From Octopus bimaculoides (Eukaryota), in assembly GCF_001194135.2 (NCBI RefSeq), contig NC_068982.1, positions 329,196 through 393,195 of the forward strand: 64,000 bases of DNA. The letters run 5' to 3'. Positions 26,001 to 36,400 of this stretch are shown piece after piece. Under the pieces are notes generated by a model. It was not told the origin of the DNA and did not search any database. It was given only the letters and a program-made list of their open reading frames with translations. A program made the translations under genes and the position numbers. Position 1 is the stretch's first letter, and each line of letters opens with the position of its first letter.

Positions 26001-27165
26001 AACCTATAACAGGTAAAATATTTGGACTCGACAGGGCAGGTTTCAGTGCTAAAGGGTTAAGGGAGTCAATCCAATTTTTCACAGACAAGAGAATCTTTAG
26101 TTTCAAATAAATGAGTCAATTCTTGTATTTTCTTATCTGTGTATTTTCTCCTCAGTGGAGGAAGAACTGTGTATTTTCTTATTTAAAAAAATTTTCACAT
26201 CTCTGTATTTTCTTATTTTATAAAATTCTTTATAGATTAACGGAAAGGATTACAATGAAAAAGTTGACATTTTTGCTTTAGGAATGATTCTTTTTGAATT
26301 ATTTTACCCTTTTGATACGGAATCTGAACGTAGGAAAAAACTTCAAGATGTAAAAAAGCGACGGTATCCTGATGATTTTCATACATATAGTCCTGAATCT
26401 TATCAAGAGGAGACAGTAAGTAATTTATTTTGTAATTTATGAAGGATTTTTTTTTTTAATATAAAAACAAAATTTTGTCTATTTGAAGTTAACCCTTTTT
26501 CGAAATCATAGAGATCAATAGAAAGTACATCAATACTTAAAAAGATGTGATATCAATAACCTTAAGTAGATAAGAGCTAATCTGGATTGGACATTAAGAC
26601 TGGCAGGTGATGTCCTCCACTCTCAACCCCCCCCCCCAAAAAAAAAACAAATATGGTTTGTACTTATCGTATACATTGTGTAGCGTAAATGGTTGAACAA
26701 ACAATATATTATAAACTTCCCTGAATTATAGATGTTGTATTATCACCTGGTTCATAAATTCAAATTCTTTTACTTGTCCAAGGTTTGACCAATTGGTCAA
26801 GGGGTTAGTTATGACACATATAACTGCTGGATGACCTGAAGGAAAGCAATACAAGAACTGTGTATATAGGTCGAATACATTATTCATCTTCTGCAAATAC
26901 TGTAATAAACCAAACAAAATATCATATGATGTTAAAAATTATAAAATTATTAATTCTATCAAAATATCTTAAAATGTTTTGTTTTTCCTTTTATTTTTTT
27001 CAGTGTGACTTGCTCAACATTCTGCTTTCACCTGACCCAGCCGAACGGCCAAGTGCTGAGCAGGTCCTCAACAGTAGTCTTATGATAGATTTTGTTTATA
27101 GCAAAATCCCTCGAAGGTTCCGAACACGAACACTGTCAAATAGCAGCAAAGAAAAGCAAAGTTGA
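1591..27165 (+). CDS. EIF2AK3: PERK / eIF2-alpha kinase 3, 5'-partial gene: 11 coding exons, about 695 aa in window (end of luminal domain, TM helix, kinase with large insert)
   Basis: Exons 1591-1707, 1908-2033, 4786-4891, 5295-5433, 10919-11025, 11692-11814, 13590-13733, 14867-15548, 24859-25062, 26236-26415, 27004-27165 join in one frame with GT-AG introns. PERK-type motifs: WKP..SRTP, YPFDDGYY, WWKEI+[68 protein letters not shown]. Upstream exons were not found in the window. Confidence 0.95.
1908..2033 (+). CDS. EIF2AK3: PERK exon (LSRTPALR...QNYPF)
   Basis: ttttag acceptor, gtgagt donor, phase 1/1; SRTP and YP motifs. Confidence 0.9.
3058..3459 (-). mobile_element. tRNA-derived CORE-type SINE with internal microsatellite
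   Basis: Reverse complement of the family seen at 43793-44219 (ccttgggcaagtgtcttctactatagc core). Confidence 0.65.
4786..4891 (+). CDS. EIF2AK3: PERK exon (DDGYYIFP...YFDRW)
   Basis: ttttag acceptor, gtgagt donor, phase 1/2; completes YPFDDGYY. Confidence 0.9.
5295..5433 (+). CDS. EIF2AK3: PERK exon with transmembrane helix ([21 protein letters not shown]...)
   Basis: ttctag acceptor, gtattt donor, phase 2/0; WWKEI motif followed by a hydrophobic run. Confidence 0.92.
6483..7078 (+). mobile_element. RTE-type LINE fragment (C-terminal RT region, degenerate)
   Basis: Decayed [11 protein letters not shown] / [11 protein letters not shown] / RGRPQKTW peptides. Confidence 0.8.
8140..8361. mobile_element. 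piggyBac-type MITE
   Basis: TTAA at 8136-8139 and 8362-8365; imperfect TIRs cctttttgataccaa / atggtaacgaaacgg. Confidence 0.65.
10495..10688 (-). mobile_element. tRNA-derived SINE (second family)
   Basis: A/B box-like head (tggccaagtggttagagc...ggttcgattcc); related to 25539-25790. Confidence 0.6.
10919..11025 (+). CDS. EIF2AK3: PERK juxtamembrane exon (DETKSGEE...EYVSK)
   Basis: gtccag acceptor, gtaagt donor, phase 0/2; open frame leading into the kinase start. Confidence 0.85.
11039..11075. repeat. (CT)n microsatellite just after a PERK donor site
   Basis: Direct read. Confidence 0.95.
11692..11814 (+). CDS. EIF2AK3: PERK kinase subdomains I-II ([20 protein letters not shown]...YAVKRICLP)
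   Basis: ttacag acceptor, gttagt donor, phase 2/2; Gly-loop and catalytic Lys. Confidence 0.95.
12140..12790 (-). mobile_element. Degenerate RTE-type LINE fragments
   Basis: [13 protein letters not shown]...GRPKKT peptide plus 3'UTR remnant. Confidence 0.6.
13163..13420 (-). mobile_element. RTE-type LINE 3' end
   Basis: (CAT)n followed by the reverse complement of the family 3' terminus. Confidence 0.75.
13590..13733 (+). CDS. EIF2AK3: PERK kinase subdomains III-IV ([36 protein letters not shown])
   Basis: cttcag acceptor, gtaagt donor, phase 2/2. Confidence 0.95.
14570..14691. repeat. 31-bp minisatellite, 4 copies
   Basis: ggtcaagcactcaggtgcaaatctaatctac repeated head-to-tail. Confidence 0.92.
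14867..15548 (+). CDS. EIF2AK3: PERK kinase insert plus subdomains V-VIb (...YLYIQMMLC...HRDLK)
   Basis: tttcag acceptor, gtaagg donor, phase 2/0; 682 nt open, Ser/Asn-rich insert; ORF 14850-15560. Confidence 0.95.
15850..16060 (-). mobile_element. RTE-type LINE 3' end, degenerate
   Basis: ttccatgctggcatgggttggac... terminus. Confidence 0.65.
16787..16824 (-). ncRNA. Minimal hammerhead-like motif (solo copy)
   Basis: CCUUU-CCGAUGA-A-GAGC(CUAG)GCUC-GAAAC-AUA/AAAG. Confidence 0.55.
16969..17189. mobile_element. piggyBac-type MITE
   Basis: TTAA TSD; TIRs ccctttagcatt / aatgttaaaagg. Confidence 0.75.
17600..17750. mobile_element. Mariner-type MITE fragment
   Basis: aaaagttcctggcttt TIR-like motif; its reverse-complement-like sequence also occurs at about 52545-52575. 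Confidence 0.45.
18117..19125 (-). mobile_element. RTE-type LINE 3' kilobase
   Basis: (CAT)n tail, 3'UTR with ~65-bp repeats, decayed ORF end. Confidence 0.85.
19756..20400 (-). mobile_element. CR1/L2-type LINE reverse transcriptase fragment
   Basis: [13 protein letters not shown]...YADDTK and [15 protein letters not shown] peptides. Confidence 0.8.
20482..21290 (+). mobile_element. Young RTE-type LINE ORF C-terminal fragment (contains a gap)
   Basis: Uninterrupted VDSFRYLGD...[10 protein letters not shown]...RRLRWYGHV...RGRP frame. Confidence 0.88.
21400..22590 (-). mobile_element. Degenerate RTE-type LINE fragment(s)
   Basis: 3'UTR plus frameshifted [22 protein letters not shown] peptides. 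Confidence 0.75.
22640..24000 (+). mobile_element. CR1/L2-type LINE RT region, decayed
   Basis: [25 protein letters not shown] and SGVPQ peptides; same family as 19756-20400. Confidence 0.82.
24001..24540 (-). mobile_element. RTE-type LINE ORF end
   Basis: [19 protein letters not shown] and [16 protein letters not shown] peptides. Confidence 0.82.
24859..25062 (+). CDS. EIF2AK3: PERK kinase subdomains VIb-VIII (PSNILFS...VGDFGLAT...[15 protein letters not shown])
   Basis: tggcag acceptor, gtaagt donor, phase 0/0; DFG and activation-loop Thr present. Confidence 0.95.
25539..25790 (+). mobile_element. tRNA-derived SINE (second family)
   Basis: tggctcagtgtttagag A-box-like, gtttgattctc B-box-like, ttcttgagcaagacac core. 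Confidence 0.6.
25847..26056. mobile_element. piggyBac-type MITE (same family as 16969-17189)
   Basis: TTAA TSD; TIRs tcctttagc / gctaaaggg; shared interior. Confidence 0.75.
26236..26415 (+). CDS. EIF2AK3: PERK kinase subdomains IX-X ([26 protein letters not shown]...)
   Basis: ttatag acceptor, gtaagt donor, phase 0/0. Confidence 0.95.
27004..27165 (+). CDS. EIF2AK3: PERK terminal coding exon ([22 protein letters not shown]...[14 protein letters not shown])
   Basis: tttcag acceptor, phase 0; subdomain XI Arg; TGA at 27163-27165. Confidence 0.93.
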   Translation, partial: CDLLNILLSPDPAERPSAEQVLNSSLMIDFVYSKIPRRFRTRTLSNSSKEKQS

Positions 27166-27359
27166 AAAATGCTTGCTTATGAATTATTAATATTTGTCAT
27201 GCCTTTCATTTTTAATCTTTAAGAACTTAAAAAATTTTTTTTTATTTCAATGGGTCCAGAACAGTCAAAACTTTCTTTTAAAACTCTTTACAAATGTAAT
27301 TAAAAAGTTGTATATACATTTTTGTTATAAATCACCCATTCACTTCGAGGAGAATAGAA

Positions 27360-27365
27360 AATAAA
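27360..27365 (+). terminator. Candidate proximal polyadenylation signal of PERK
   Basis: First AATAAA seen after the PERK stop (about 195 nt downstream), with U/GU-rich sequence beyond it. Confidence 0.35.
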
Positions 27366-27863
27366 TCTATATTAGTGGTAAAGTGTAAATGTTACTGTTT
27401 TATGTTTTTTTTACTCCTGTGGACCAAAAGATTTGGGGATTTTATTTCCAAACATTTGTGATTATTTGTATATGTTTTGTCAGTTTGTATTTACCAAAAC
27501 AGAATGTTCAGAAATCTTCAACATAAGGAAAATTCCATTTTTGTAAATGTCGAATTTAAAAAAAAGAATCTTTTGCTGCCACTCTTAAACAGAAAATTTT
27601 GTGAAATTATTTTAGGCATTTTTAGTGTTATTGGTTTAGTGATGGTTGGTAATCCCCACATAAACACTTTTTTGTTAAGATATCATTCTCTGTCAGAGAT
27701 GAACTATTTCTTGCATCAAGTTCTCAAAGTATATCTAAGTTCTCTTTCAGTTGATTTTGGTTAATTAGCACCAGTGCTGGTTGCTGAATAAGCATGGGGC
27801 TGGGTCTTCTCATTAACTATTGTGTTATCATCATCATATTCATCATTATTATTATTATTATTT

Positions 27864-28094
27864 GTAGGGTGGTGAGCTGGTAGAATCGTTAGAATGCCGG
27901 GCGAAATGCTTAGCAGTATTTTGCCCGTCGCTATGTTCTGAGTTCAAAATTCCACTGAGGTCAACTTTACCTTTCATCCTTTCAGGGTCGATAAATTAAG
28001 TACCAGTGAAACACTGGGGTTGATATAATCGATTATTCCCCATCCTACAAATCTGAGGCCTTGTACCTCCAGTAGAAAGGATTATTATTATTAT
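27864..28094 (+). mobile_element. tRNA-derived SINE (third family) flanked by (ATT)n
   Basis: ggtgagctggtagaatcgttag head, ctttcatcctttcagggtcgataaattaagtaccag body, (ATT)n on both sides. Confidence 0.7.
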
Positions 28095-29009
28095 TATTTA
28101 AAAAAAAAAGTTTTATCTATTCAAAACTCTTCCAAGTATTTAAAAAAATTCCATCTATGGATTATTCCTGTAAAAGTTAGAACATGATTCACTCATGAAC
28201 TTTCTGATACAGTCTTCAACTATTCCAAGATGCTGTTGGGACCGGCATTCATTCTCCAAGGTCTAATATAAAAAAAACAAGACAAAAGTTTGAGTCAGTT
28301 CAGTCTAGTTTCTTCTTCCGGCCAACTCAAAAGGTTTTCAGTTGAATACTTTAATATTAAAGCTAGAGATTCAAATTCCATTGATACAGTTGCAAATGCA
28401 GCAACGTTGAACTCGAACCGGTGATTGTGTTACATTGAGGCACTGTGACTCTCCCCAGGCACAGCAAAAGCTAAAGAAATTGCCTTGGAGTTGTTTCTCG
28501 TGGTTATTCTGCTTCCATTTTGATCCATGACGAAGAAAGCTAAATCATTTCAATTGGATCTTTAGTCTGGTTGAAAGAGACTCCCTCCACTTTTGTTTGA
28601 AAGTGGCTTTAGGCCCCCCCCCCCTTTTTTTTTTCATTTGAGAACTTGAACCCATGTAAAGAACGAAAACTAAACCTGCAAATATATATTTTGATGTTGA
28701 ACAGGATTCTTCAGTGCATCTAGTCAAGTTTTGATTCATTGTTCTTAGTTGAAGCGTTGCTGTGGTTGATTTAATCCACTGAAATAAGTACATGACCGAT
28801 AATAAGCTGGCACCAGTGCTTGGCATTGGTTTTGTGTCTAGTCAGAGAAAATTAATATTAAACTTGTAACTAACAGTTTGGGAAATCTGGTTAAAAAGGT
28901 GTTTAATATGAAAGTTTTCAATTGAATTTTTAAAAATACATTTAAATTTTAAGTAAAAAATATTTGATGCTAAATATTTGATTACATTTTATACTGAACA
29001 GTCATTTCC

Positions 29010-29200
29010 CCCTCCATACAATACCCAGGTAGATGTATGATTAAAAAGCTTGCTTCCCAACCATGTGGTTTGGAGTTCATGCCCACTTTGCAGTGCTTTG
29101 AGCAATTGGGTTCTGTTATAGTCCTGGACTGACCAAAATCCCCGTGAGTGGAATTGGTAGATGGAAACTGAAAGAAGCCCATCATGTGAAGAGTGTATGT
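29010..29200 (+). mobile_element. CORE-type SINE 5' fragment
   Basis: Similar to 43793-43955. Confidence 0.55.
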
Positions 29201-30547
29201 TTGTACTCTTGTCTCGACATTTTGTGATCGTTGTGAGTGATCATCGTCATACAAGGAATTAACCTTTTTTCAAGATTTGCACTAAAAACACCCCTGCCAT
29301 ATCCAGCCAATTCTAAATTACAACTGTCTCTTTGTACATTCTAGATTGTCTAACCACATCTTTATACATTATACTCAACCTCCATCCTATAATTTAACTA
29401 ATTGAAGTTCCACCAGTTCTAAATTTACTCTATTATGTCCCTTCACACCTTTCTTTCAACTAAAGATTGTAACCCTGAACAACTATGTCAATGAGGAAGC
29501 CTCAGTGGAGTTGCATGACTTGCTAGAAATAGCAGCCAAATTATCTCAGCCCACATCCTACCATCTCAAAAAAGAAACATTGAAATAATGTATTCCCAGA
29601 TACTTTATTTCTGAAAACAAGATGTGGTGGTCACAGATGGAACGCCTTTGATTAAAGGTTGTCTGTTCAGTCAGGTTTTTTTCATTTTAATAGTTGGACA
29701 TTTCTGTGAATTTAGTAATAATTACCTTTTTTTTTTCTTTTCTTATTTGTTTCCCCCATCTTAATGTGATTTTACAATTCATTTCATAAATTTGATGTGA
29801 GATGTAAATTTTCTCTATTTTTCTGTTTAATGAGATCAGTATGTGAAACCCTTGTTTTGTTGAGCATAAAAAAACTGTTAATATAAAAAGTTTTGTCATT
29901 TTTTCTCTAATTCTAGTTTTGTACAAAGGTTGCTATGCAAGAGTTTATAAATCACAGTTGGAATGTAAGTCTATTTTGATTCATGTCATAATGCAGGATT
30001 TAAACTTGTAATCTTCCAATAATTATCTGAATCCTGATAAGTAATAATTCTTGAGGCTTCAAGAATTATTACTGATAGGAAGAAAATGACAAAGGGGAAA
30101 ACTTGGATTTGCAATTTCTAAGGATTCTTTGTTTGAACATTACCAGATGTGAACAGTTGTTAAGAATTGATATTTTAATAATTAATTTTTTTTTTTACGT
30201 AAAACATACTCCTTACTCTTAGAGAAGCTGAAAAAGACTAAGAAATAATTTTTAGCTATAAATCAAGAATTTAGATGTTATAGGTTTTTAAAATTTTATA
30301 GTAGTTTAGGTGTTAATGACTGTTACTTATTTTGTCGATGCTGGTCAAATTTTTATTTACCATGTCATTGAATGCTGCTCAACCAATTAATACCAACTTT
30401 TCCAGTAAAGATAATAACAAATCTTAAAACTCCTTTACAATACTTATCAACAGAAAATATATTTCTCATTAAAAAGTAGTTTCTAGTTTGTAACTTCACT
30501 TATATCGATTTAATGTTAATTATCAAATTAGTTATACGTATAGAATG

Positions 30548-30850
30548 CAGATGTGGCTGTATGGTTAGAAGCTGGGCTGCTCAATGCCTTGCAAGCAGAG
30601 TCGGTAGATGGGAACTGGAAGAAATTTGTTGTATATACATGTGTGTGTGTCCCTTACCACCACTTGGCAATCAGTGTTGGTGCAGTTATGTCCTTTTAAC
30701 CTAGCAGTTCAGCAAAAGTGATTGATAGAATAAGTATCAGGCTTTAAAAAAAAAATAAGTGCTGGGGTCAGTTCAGTTGACTAAAATTCTTCAAGATGGT
30801 GCTCCAGCATGGCCACAGTCAAATGACTGAAACAAGTAAAAGATAAAAGA
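30548..30850 (+). mobile_element. CORE-type SINE, degenerate
   Basis: 3' end ...ccagcatggccacagtcaaatgactgaaacaagtaaaaga shared with the family. Confidence 0.6.
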
Positions 30851-32169
30851 TATGTAATTTAATTGGTTAACATCTTGCCAAAATTGGTTTTGCTTATTAT
30901 TCCATTTGGGCCAGTCAAACAGCCTGGGGTTCATCCAGTTAATCATCCTGTTTCTGTAAGTCTGCAATTGTGTCTCGCATGTTAGACATTCTACATCCAT
31001 CCATCTTTTCTGCCTAGGAAGATCATGGGGTAGAGTCTTATGTCCCCCATACAATCCTGCCAGAAACCACTGTTTCCCACTGTGATTAATGTGACTGAAT
31101 ATCATTGACCATCTCGTTTTTTGGTCTTTTTCCTGTTGGCTTCGCTTGAAGAATCCGTCGTGTTTCTTTCCTGTGATATTGTAGCATTTTGTTTGTAATA
31201 CTGGAGCTTTGACCTCTTTTCAATGTGGAGAAGTAACAGCTTGACTTGGAGAGACCCCTTCGTCTCCAAGCTATGCATCCAATTGAGGTCTGTCAGAGGA
31301 ACCCCGTTTCTGCTGCTTCTGTTCAGGATTGTACTCCTTTGACATTTATAACCATGGAAACTGAATTGAAGATGAGTTTGGCTTTTTTTTTTAACTATTT
31401 AAATTTCTTGACAAATTTAGGTCTTTTCACCAGTTAAATATCCTTAGCTTTCAAAGCTAATATAGCTGCAACACTTTACATTTTCCACCTTGAAAAACTT
31501 TGGCCATTAACACAAATGTAACATTGAATGTAACATTGACCAAAAATGATCATCTCAAGTGCTTGCACTGGTGAGACACGTCTGCATATTACTCTCACAT
31601 TATGGAATCATCATAAATTTTAATTCTCCATAATTGTTCACATTTGCTTTGATGAATCAAGTCTTTACTGTTTTTATCAAATGCATTTTATAACCAATTT
31701 ATTACATAAAATCTTTGTATCAGAAACATATCTAATTCAATATAGATTGCTATTTTCACTTTCTGTCTCCACTTGGATCCTCATTTCTCAATTTTATTTT
31801 TATGAGTGTAAAAGAGAATAAAATAATTTCACTAAGTTTGAAAAATGGCCTTCTTGCAGAGCATTGTGGAATACACCCTTCAAGATCTGATCTCTTATTT
31901 TCAATAAAATGGCACTTTTTATGTTAGCAAAAAGCAAGATATTTCCCATACTGATTTCAACCTTTTGACTTCTATTGTTGGATGAAATTGTTTTGAAATA
32001 AAGAGAAAAAGTAAACTGCATACACTAAACACCTTTTACTTCAAATTCTAATTAAAAAAAAAAAAAGCAAAACTTTTTGTTCTCATTCCTAAAAACGTCT
32101 GTTATATATATAACTTGTGTTAAAATATAATGTGGCAGCAGCTAATACAGAATATCTACTTCATGAATT

Positions 32170-32250
32170 TGTATTATTTTTGTATGTAGATATTATGTAA
32201 ATAAACTTTTTCTTAATAAACTATCTTGACTGTGTTTTAGTTTTTTGGTT
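32170..32250 (+). terminator. Candidate distal + strand poly(A) site
   Basis: Four TGTA elements (32170-32199), AATAAA at 32200 and 32215, then a GT/T-rich tract (tgtgttttagttttttggtt). Confidence 0.4.
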
Positions 32251-32520
32251 AACAGAACGATGATACAATAGAAAGAGTTTTATTGTATTTCCATTGTATC
32301 CTACTTAGCAAGGTGGCAGAAATGTTAGCACACTGGGTGAAACAATTAGTGGTATTTGGTGCCCCACCAGTGAGGCATGCGTGGGATTATGTTGAATTTT
32401 TATACCCTTTGTACATAATGTTTAGTATACCAATAGAGAAAGGGGGCAATTTGAGAATGCATTATTAAAAAAAAAATTATCTCTACATCCCTTTCGTGGA
32501 CAATTTTATCAAATTTTTGG

Positions 32521-32690
32521 CACTTTAGAGACACCAGGTCACTTTCATTTTATTGGAAAACCTTAATTAAGATCTGATGTCTCTAAAGTGGAAATAGAAA
32601 GCAATGCCATCTTAATTGGACACTTTAGAGACACCAAATCGTTTTCATCTTATTCACATCTTATCCTTAAGATCTGATGTCTCTAAAGTG
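32521..32690. repeat. Two 70-bp hairpin cassettes at a 100-bp period
   Basis: cactttagagaca...tgtctctaaagtg at 32521-32590 and 32621-32690. Confidence 0.9.
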
Positions 32691-33266
32691 GAAATAAATT
32701 ATTTCTTTTGATTTAGTGGTATGTGAAAACCTGTAGAAAATTACAAATGCGTGCAGTATAGAACTGGTCAGTACTGAAAGCAATGCCATCTTAATTGGAG
32801 AGATTTTCTTGAAAGTTAAGACGAATTGAAGTAGACTCTGGTAAATTTTCCGAAATGTCCCAACTCCAAACCCTCCTAAAATACTCCACCTACATGATAT
32901 AACACATATTCGTAGACAATTTGTTTTCATATTTGTTTCCTACACATTTTTTGTTTTATTTTCACCAAATTTTGAATAACAAAAATTAAATACCACAAGG
33001 GGGCATCAGGATTTTAGAAATGATTCAGTGGAGCATGGCCAAAAATTGGTTGGGAACCACTGGTCTAAATCCATGTTACCATTTAAACATGGATGTAAAA
33101 TGGTGATGAATTGAAATAATATCTGTTAACTGGCAAAAAAAATAATTGAAGAAGACAAATTACAAAGAAAGAAAATTTCTTTTTAATACTGGAATTTGTT
33201 ATGATGAAAAATATTTTTTGTTTATGTTCTTTTTATTTCTTTTCAAAATTCCTCTGGAACTGGTTT

Positions 33267-33437
33267 TTATTGTAATGAGCAGATTGGGCTGCGAGGAGAG
33301 TTTTGAACAGAAGTGACTTTTGGAGAGGATTCACATTCAATGTTTGCAGTAACAACCTGTTGGTGTTGTTCTTTCTCAGCAGCCGTTAACTTTAACCCCA
33401 CCAACTCAGCAGCGATTCGTTGGAAGCAGACAGACAC
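33267..33437 (-). CDS. RAB28: RAB28 terminal exon ([17 protein letters not shown]...[10 protein letters not shown])
   Basis: ttttag acceptor after a long pyrimidine tract, phase 0; CaaX box; TAA at 33269-33267. Confidence 0.93.
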   Translation of the reverse strand: MSVCFQRIAAELVGLKLTAAEKEQHQQVVTANIECESSPKVTSVQNSPRSPICSLQ

Positions 33438-36400
33438 CTAAAAGGAGAAGAGAGAAAGGAAACAAGAGAAAATCAACTGAAATATGGCTACTTTCTAAAT
33501 TATTTAAAATATTCTCGAAAACAGACAACAAAACTCTACTTTTTGCAGGGAGTTAAAAAAAAAGAAAAGAATGAGCCCATAGCAAATTGCTTTGTTTCAG
33601 TCTTTAAACTGGCCATGCTGGAGCACTGCCTTCAAAGGTGTCAACTCCAGGGCTTATTTTTCTTATCTAAGCTTGGTACTTATTCAGTCTCTTTTTGCTG
33701 AACCACAAGGTTACAGGAATATAAACAACCCAACACTTGTCAAGTGGTTTGTATGTGTGTGAGGGACGCGGACGAAGAGACGCACGCTGCGTTTCTTTTA
33801 GTTTTTGCCTATCAAAAGTGCTTGAGGAAACCCATCAAGCCAAGTGAGATCATGGTTGTGGCCAATGCCAGTGTTGCATAACTGGCAAGTAAAGAGCACG
33901 CTTCAAGCGCTGGGTAGGATGCTATGCTTGAGAAGACCTGTGAAGCCAAGTGAAACCATAGTCATGGCTGATGCCAGTGCTGTCAGACTGGCACCTGTGC
34001 TGGTGGCACACAAAAAGCAGTTTGAGCATTGGGCCTCATGGAGACAGTGACAGGTGACAGACCTTTGGCAATATACCGTGCTTGTATAGACCTGTTTTGC
34101 CAAGTGAGATTGTAGCCATGGCTGATGCTGGTGTCATGTCAACGGCACCCATGCCAGTGGCATATAAAGAACATCCATTACACTCTTGGAGTGCTTGACA
34201 TTGGGAAGGGCATCCAGCCATAGAAACCATGCCAAATCAGATTGGAACCTGGTGCAGCTCCTTGCCTTATCAGTTTTCAGTCAAACCATCCAACCCATGC
34301 CAGCATGGAAAACAAACGTTAAAGGATGATAATGATGGTGTGTTATATGAAGGTTCGCCTAATTCTATAAGACATCCATTTGATCCAAAATATCTCTTTC
34401 CATATATATATATATATATATATATGTACAGAATTCCAATTTTCCTACCATCACCATCAATAAACCAACAGATGACATCTTTTATAGATTCTTATTACTT
34501 AGATTTATTCATCTGGAGGAATTTTCTTTCTTATTTGAACGAAATGTTTACCTCTTGTTGTGACTCATAATACTATTTCTGAAAGTTTGTGCAATTTGTT
34601 ACATGAATATTTCAGTTATTTGCTGTCTCAGCCATAACAATAGTTAAGCAACTGATAACAAATCACCCTCTGATTGCCATTCCCTTTCTAAAGACGTTAA
34701 GGAACATCAAGCAAGTTTTAGCATATCCTCTTCCAGAGAATGATATGCTTTAACATGTTTCAGAATTGTGTTTCAATGGCTGATTGTGAAGTTGAAGGAG
34801 AAAATTTATAGAAAGACACTGTAGGAGGTTTTAGAAATAATAATTAGCAATTTACTGTACAAACACGCTACAAGTGGGGGGTGGGGGGACTCATTAAATT
34901 TATGTCATGATACAATGTAGCCATAAAGTCTTACAAAATATGAATTGTTTTAATTAAGTTAGTATGATCAATGATTAATCTTTTATTTACATATTCATTA
35001 ACATTATTATATAAACGAACTTACATATTCACCAGTCTTTGCACTAATAAAGTGGTTGGACATATTATGATCTGCAGCAAACTTGACATGCCTTTCTTCA
35101 CTGACAGCTCTGACATGTTCAAGATCAACTGAAAAAGCAAACAGCAAACCATAATCGAAATTGTTGCTGTTCAGCCAGAGTCTGGGACTGTCCTTATATA
35201 TACGGGTTGAGCCTTTTTGCAATTAAGCAGCCACTCTTATGTCTTGAACTTTCCTAATCATTTCTACAGCTCTGCTTTGAGTGTTTTTTTCATTTCTTGT
35301 TTTGTCTGTTTCTGCTGTGTTATGTCCAGGGGGTATGGGTAGATACAGTTCCCCAGGACTTTGCAAGCACCTCTGGACAAATGAAGTGTGAGAAAAAGGG
35401 ACAGCGCAAAGTTTGGGATAGGCGGGATGGAGAATGGCAGAGAAGCAGGTGCAGTGGGTAAACTTTGGTGAGCTCAGGGCTGAAGGAGATGACATTTGCC
35501 TAAGGAGTCATGCAGTGGGACTGAATGTGAAGCCACATGGTTGGGAAGCAAACTGTTGAACCACACAGCCATGTCTGTACATATGGGCTGGCAAAAAAAA
35601 AGAACTGTTTGTTCACAATGAACTTGAAGCACTCTGATAAGTGGTGGCTAACCTCAATCTGTTCCTTGTGCATTCATACTTGTTAGATGCTTGACATTTC
35701 AATGTAGTTTGACACAAACTTGTAACGAGAGACAAGTTGTATTTTGTCTGCTTGGGGAATCAACAGGTCAGGCTTTTCTATTTTAAAAAGAGCAACAAGG
35801 TGATGACGAGAGGATGTTATGGAATGTGTGTGCCAGAAGTGGTTTTCAAGAGTTTGACTGGCCAAGTGAGAGCAACAAAAATGAAGGGGCAGCTTGACAC
35901 TGACCCCGGTTATAAGACCAGGATGAACATGGATGTTCTCTAAATATCCAAACTGAGTGTTGAAAACCATCTACATCATCTTGGTTACATCAGTAGGTCC
36001 AATGGTTTGGGGCTCACATCGATTGAATGAGACTAACCTTGACCAATGAATTTTCATCTCTGATTCAGAAACATGAAGAATGAACAATGTATTTTTAGGA
36101 AAATGGTGGCAGAGGACAAAAGAATGGATCATCTTTAACAATGTGAAGTGCAGATGGTCATGAGGCAAGTATGGTGAACCATCAGAAACAACCTCTAAAA
36201 GCAGGATTTTACTTGAAGAAAGTTATCGGGGTGGGGTGGGGAATAGTGTTGTCTTTTATGAGTGTCTTCCCTTGGACATGACCATCAATTCATATGTGTA
36301 CAGTGACCAGCTGGACAAGTTAAATGCATTGAGCCACCAGAAACATCCAGCACTTGCTAACTGTAAGAACATTTTCTTTTGTGATGACAATGCCAGATCG

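Noticed and set aside
28150-28830. Exon-like stretches between PERK and RAB28 (e.g. TLENECRSQQHLGIVEDCIRKFM on -)
   Set aside because: No partner exons or recognisable family, and neighbouring frames are interrupted by stops
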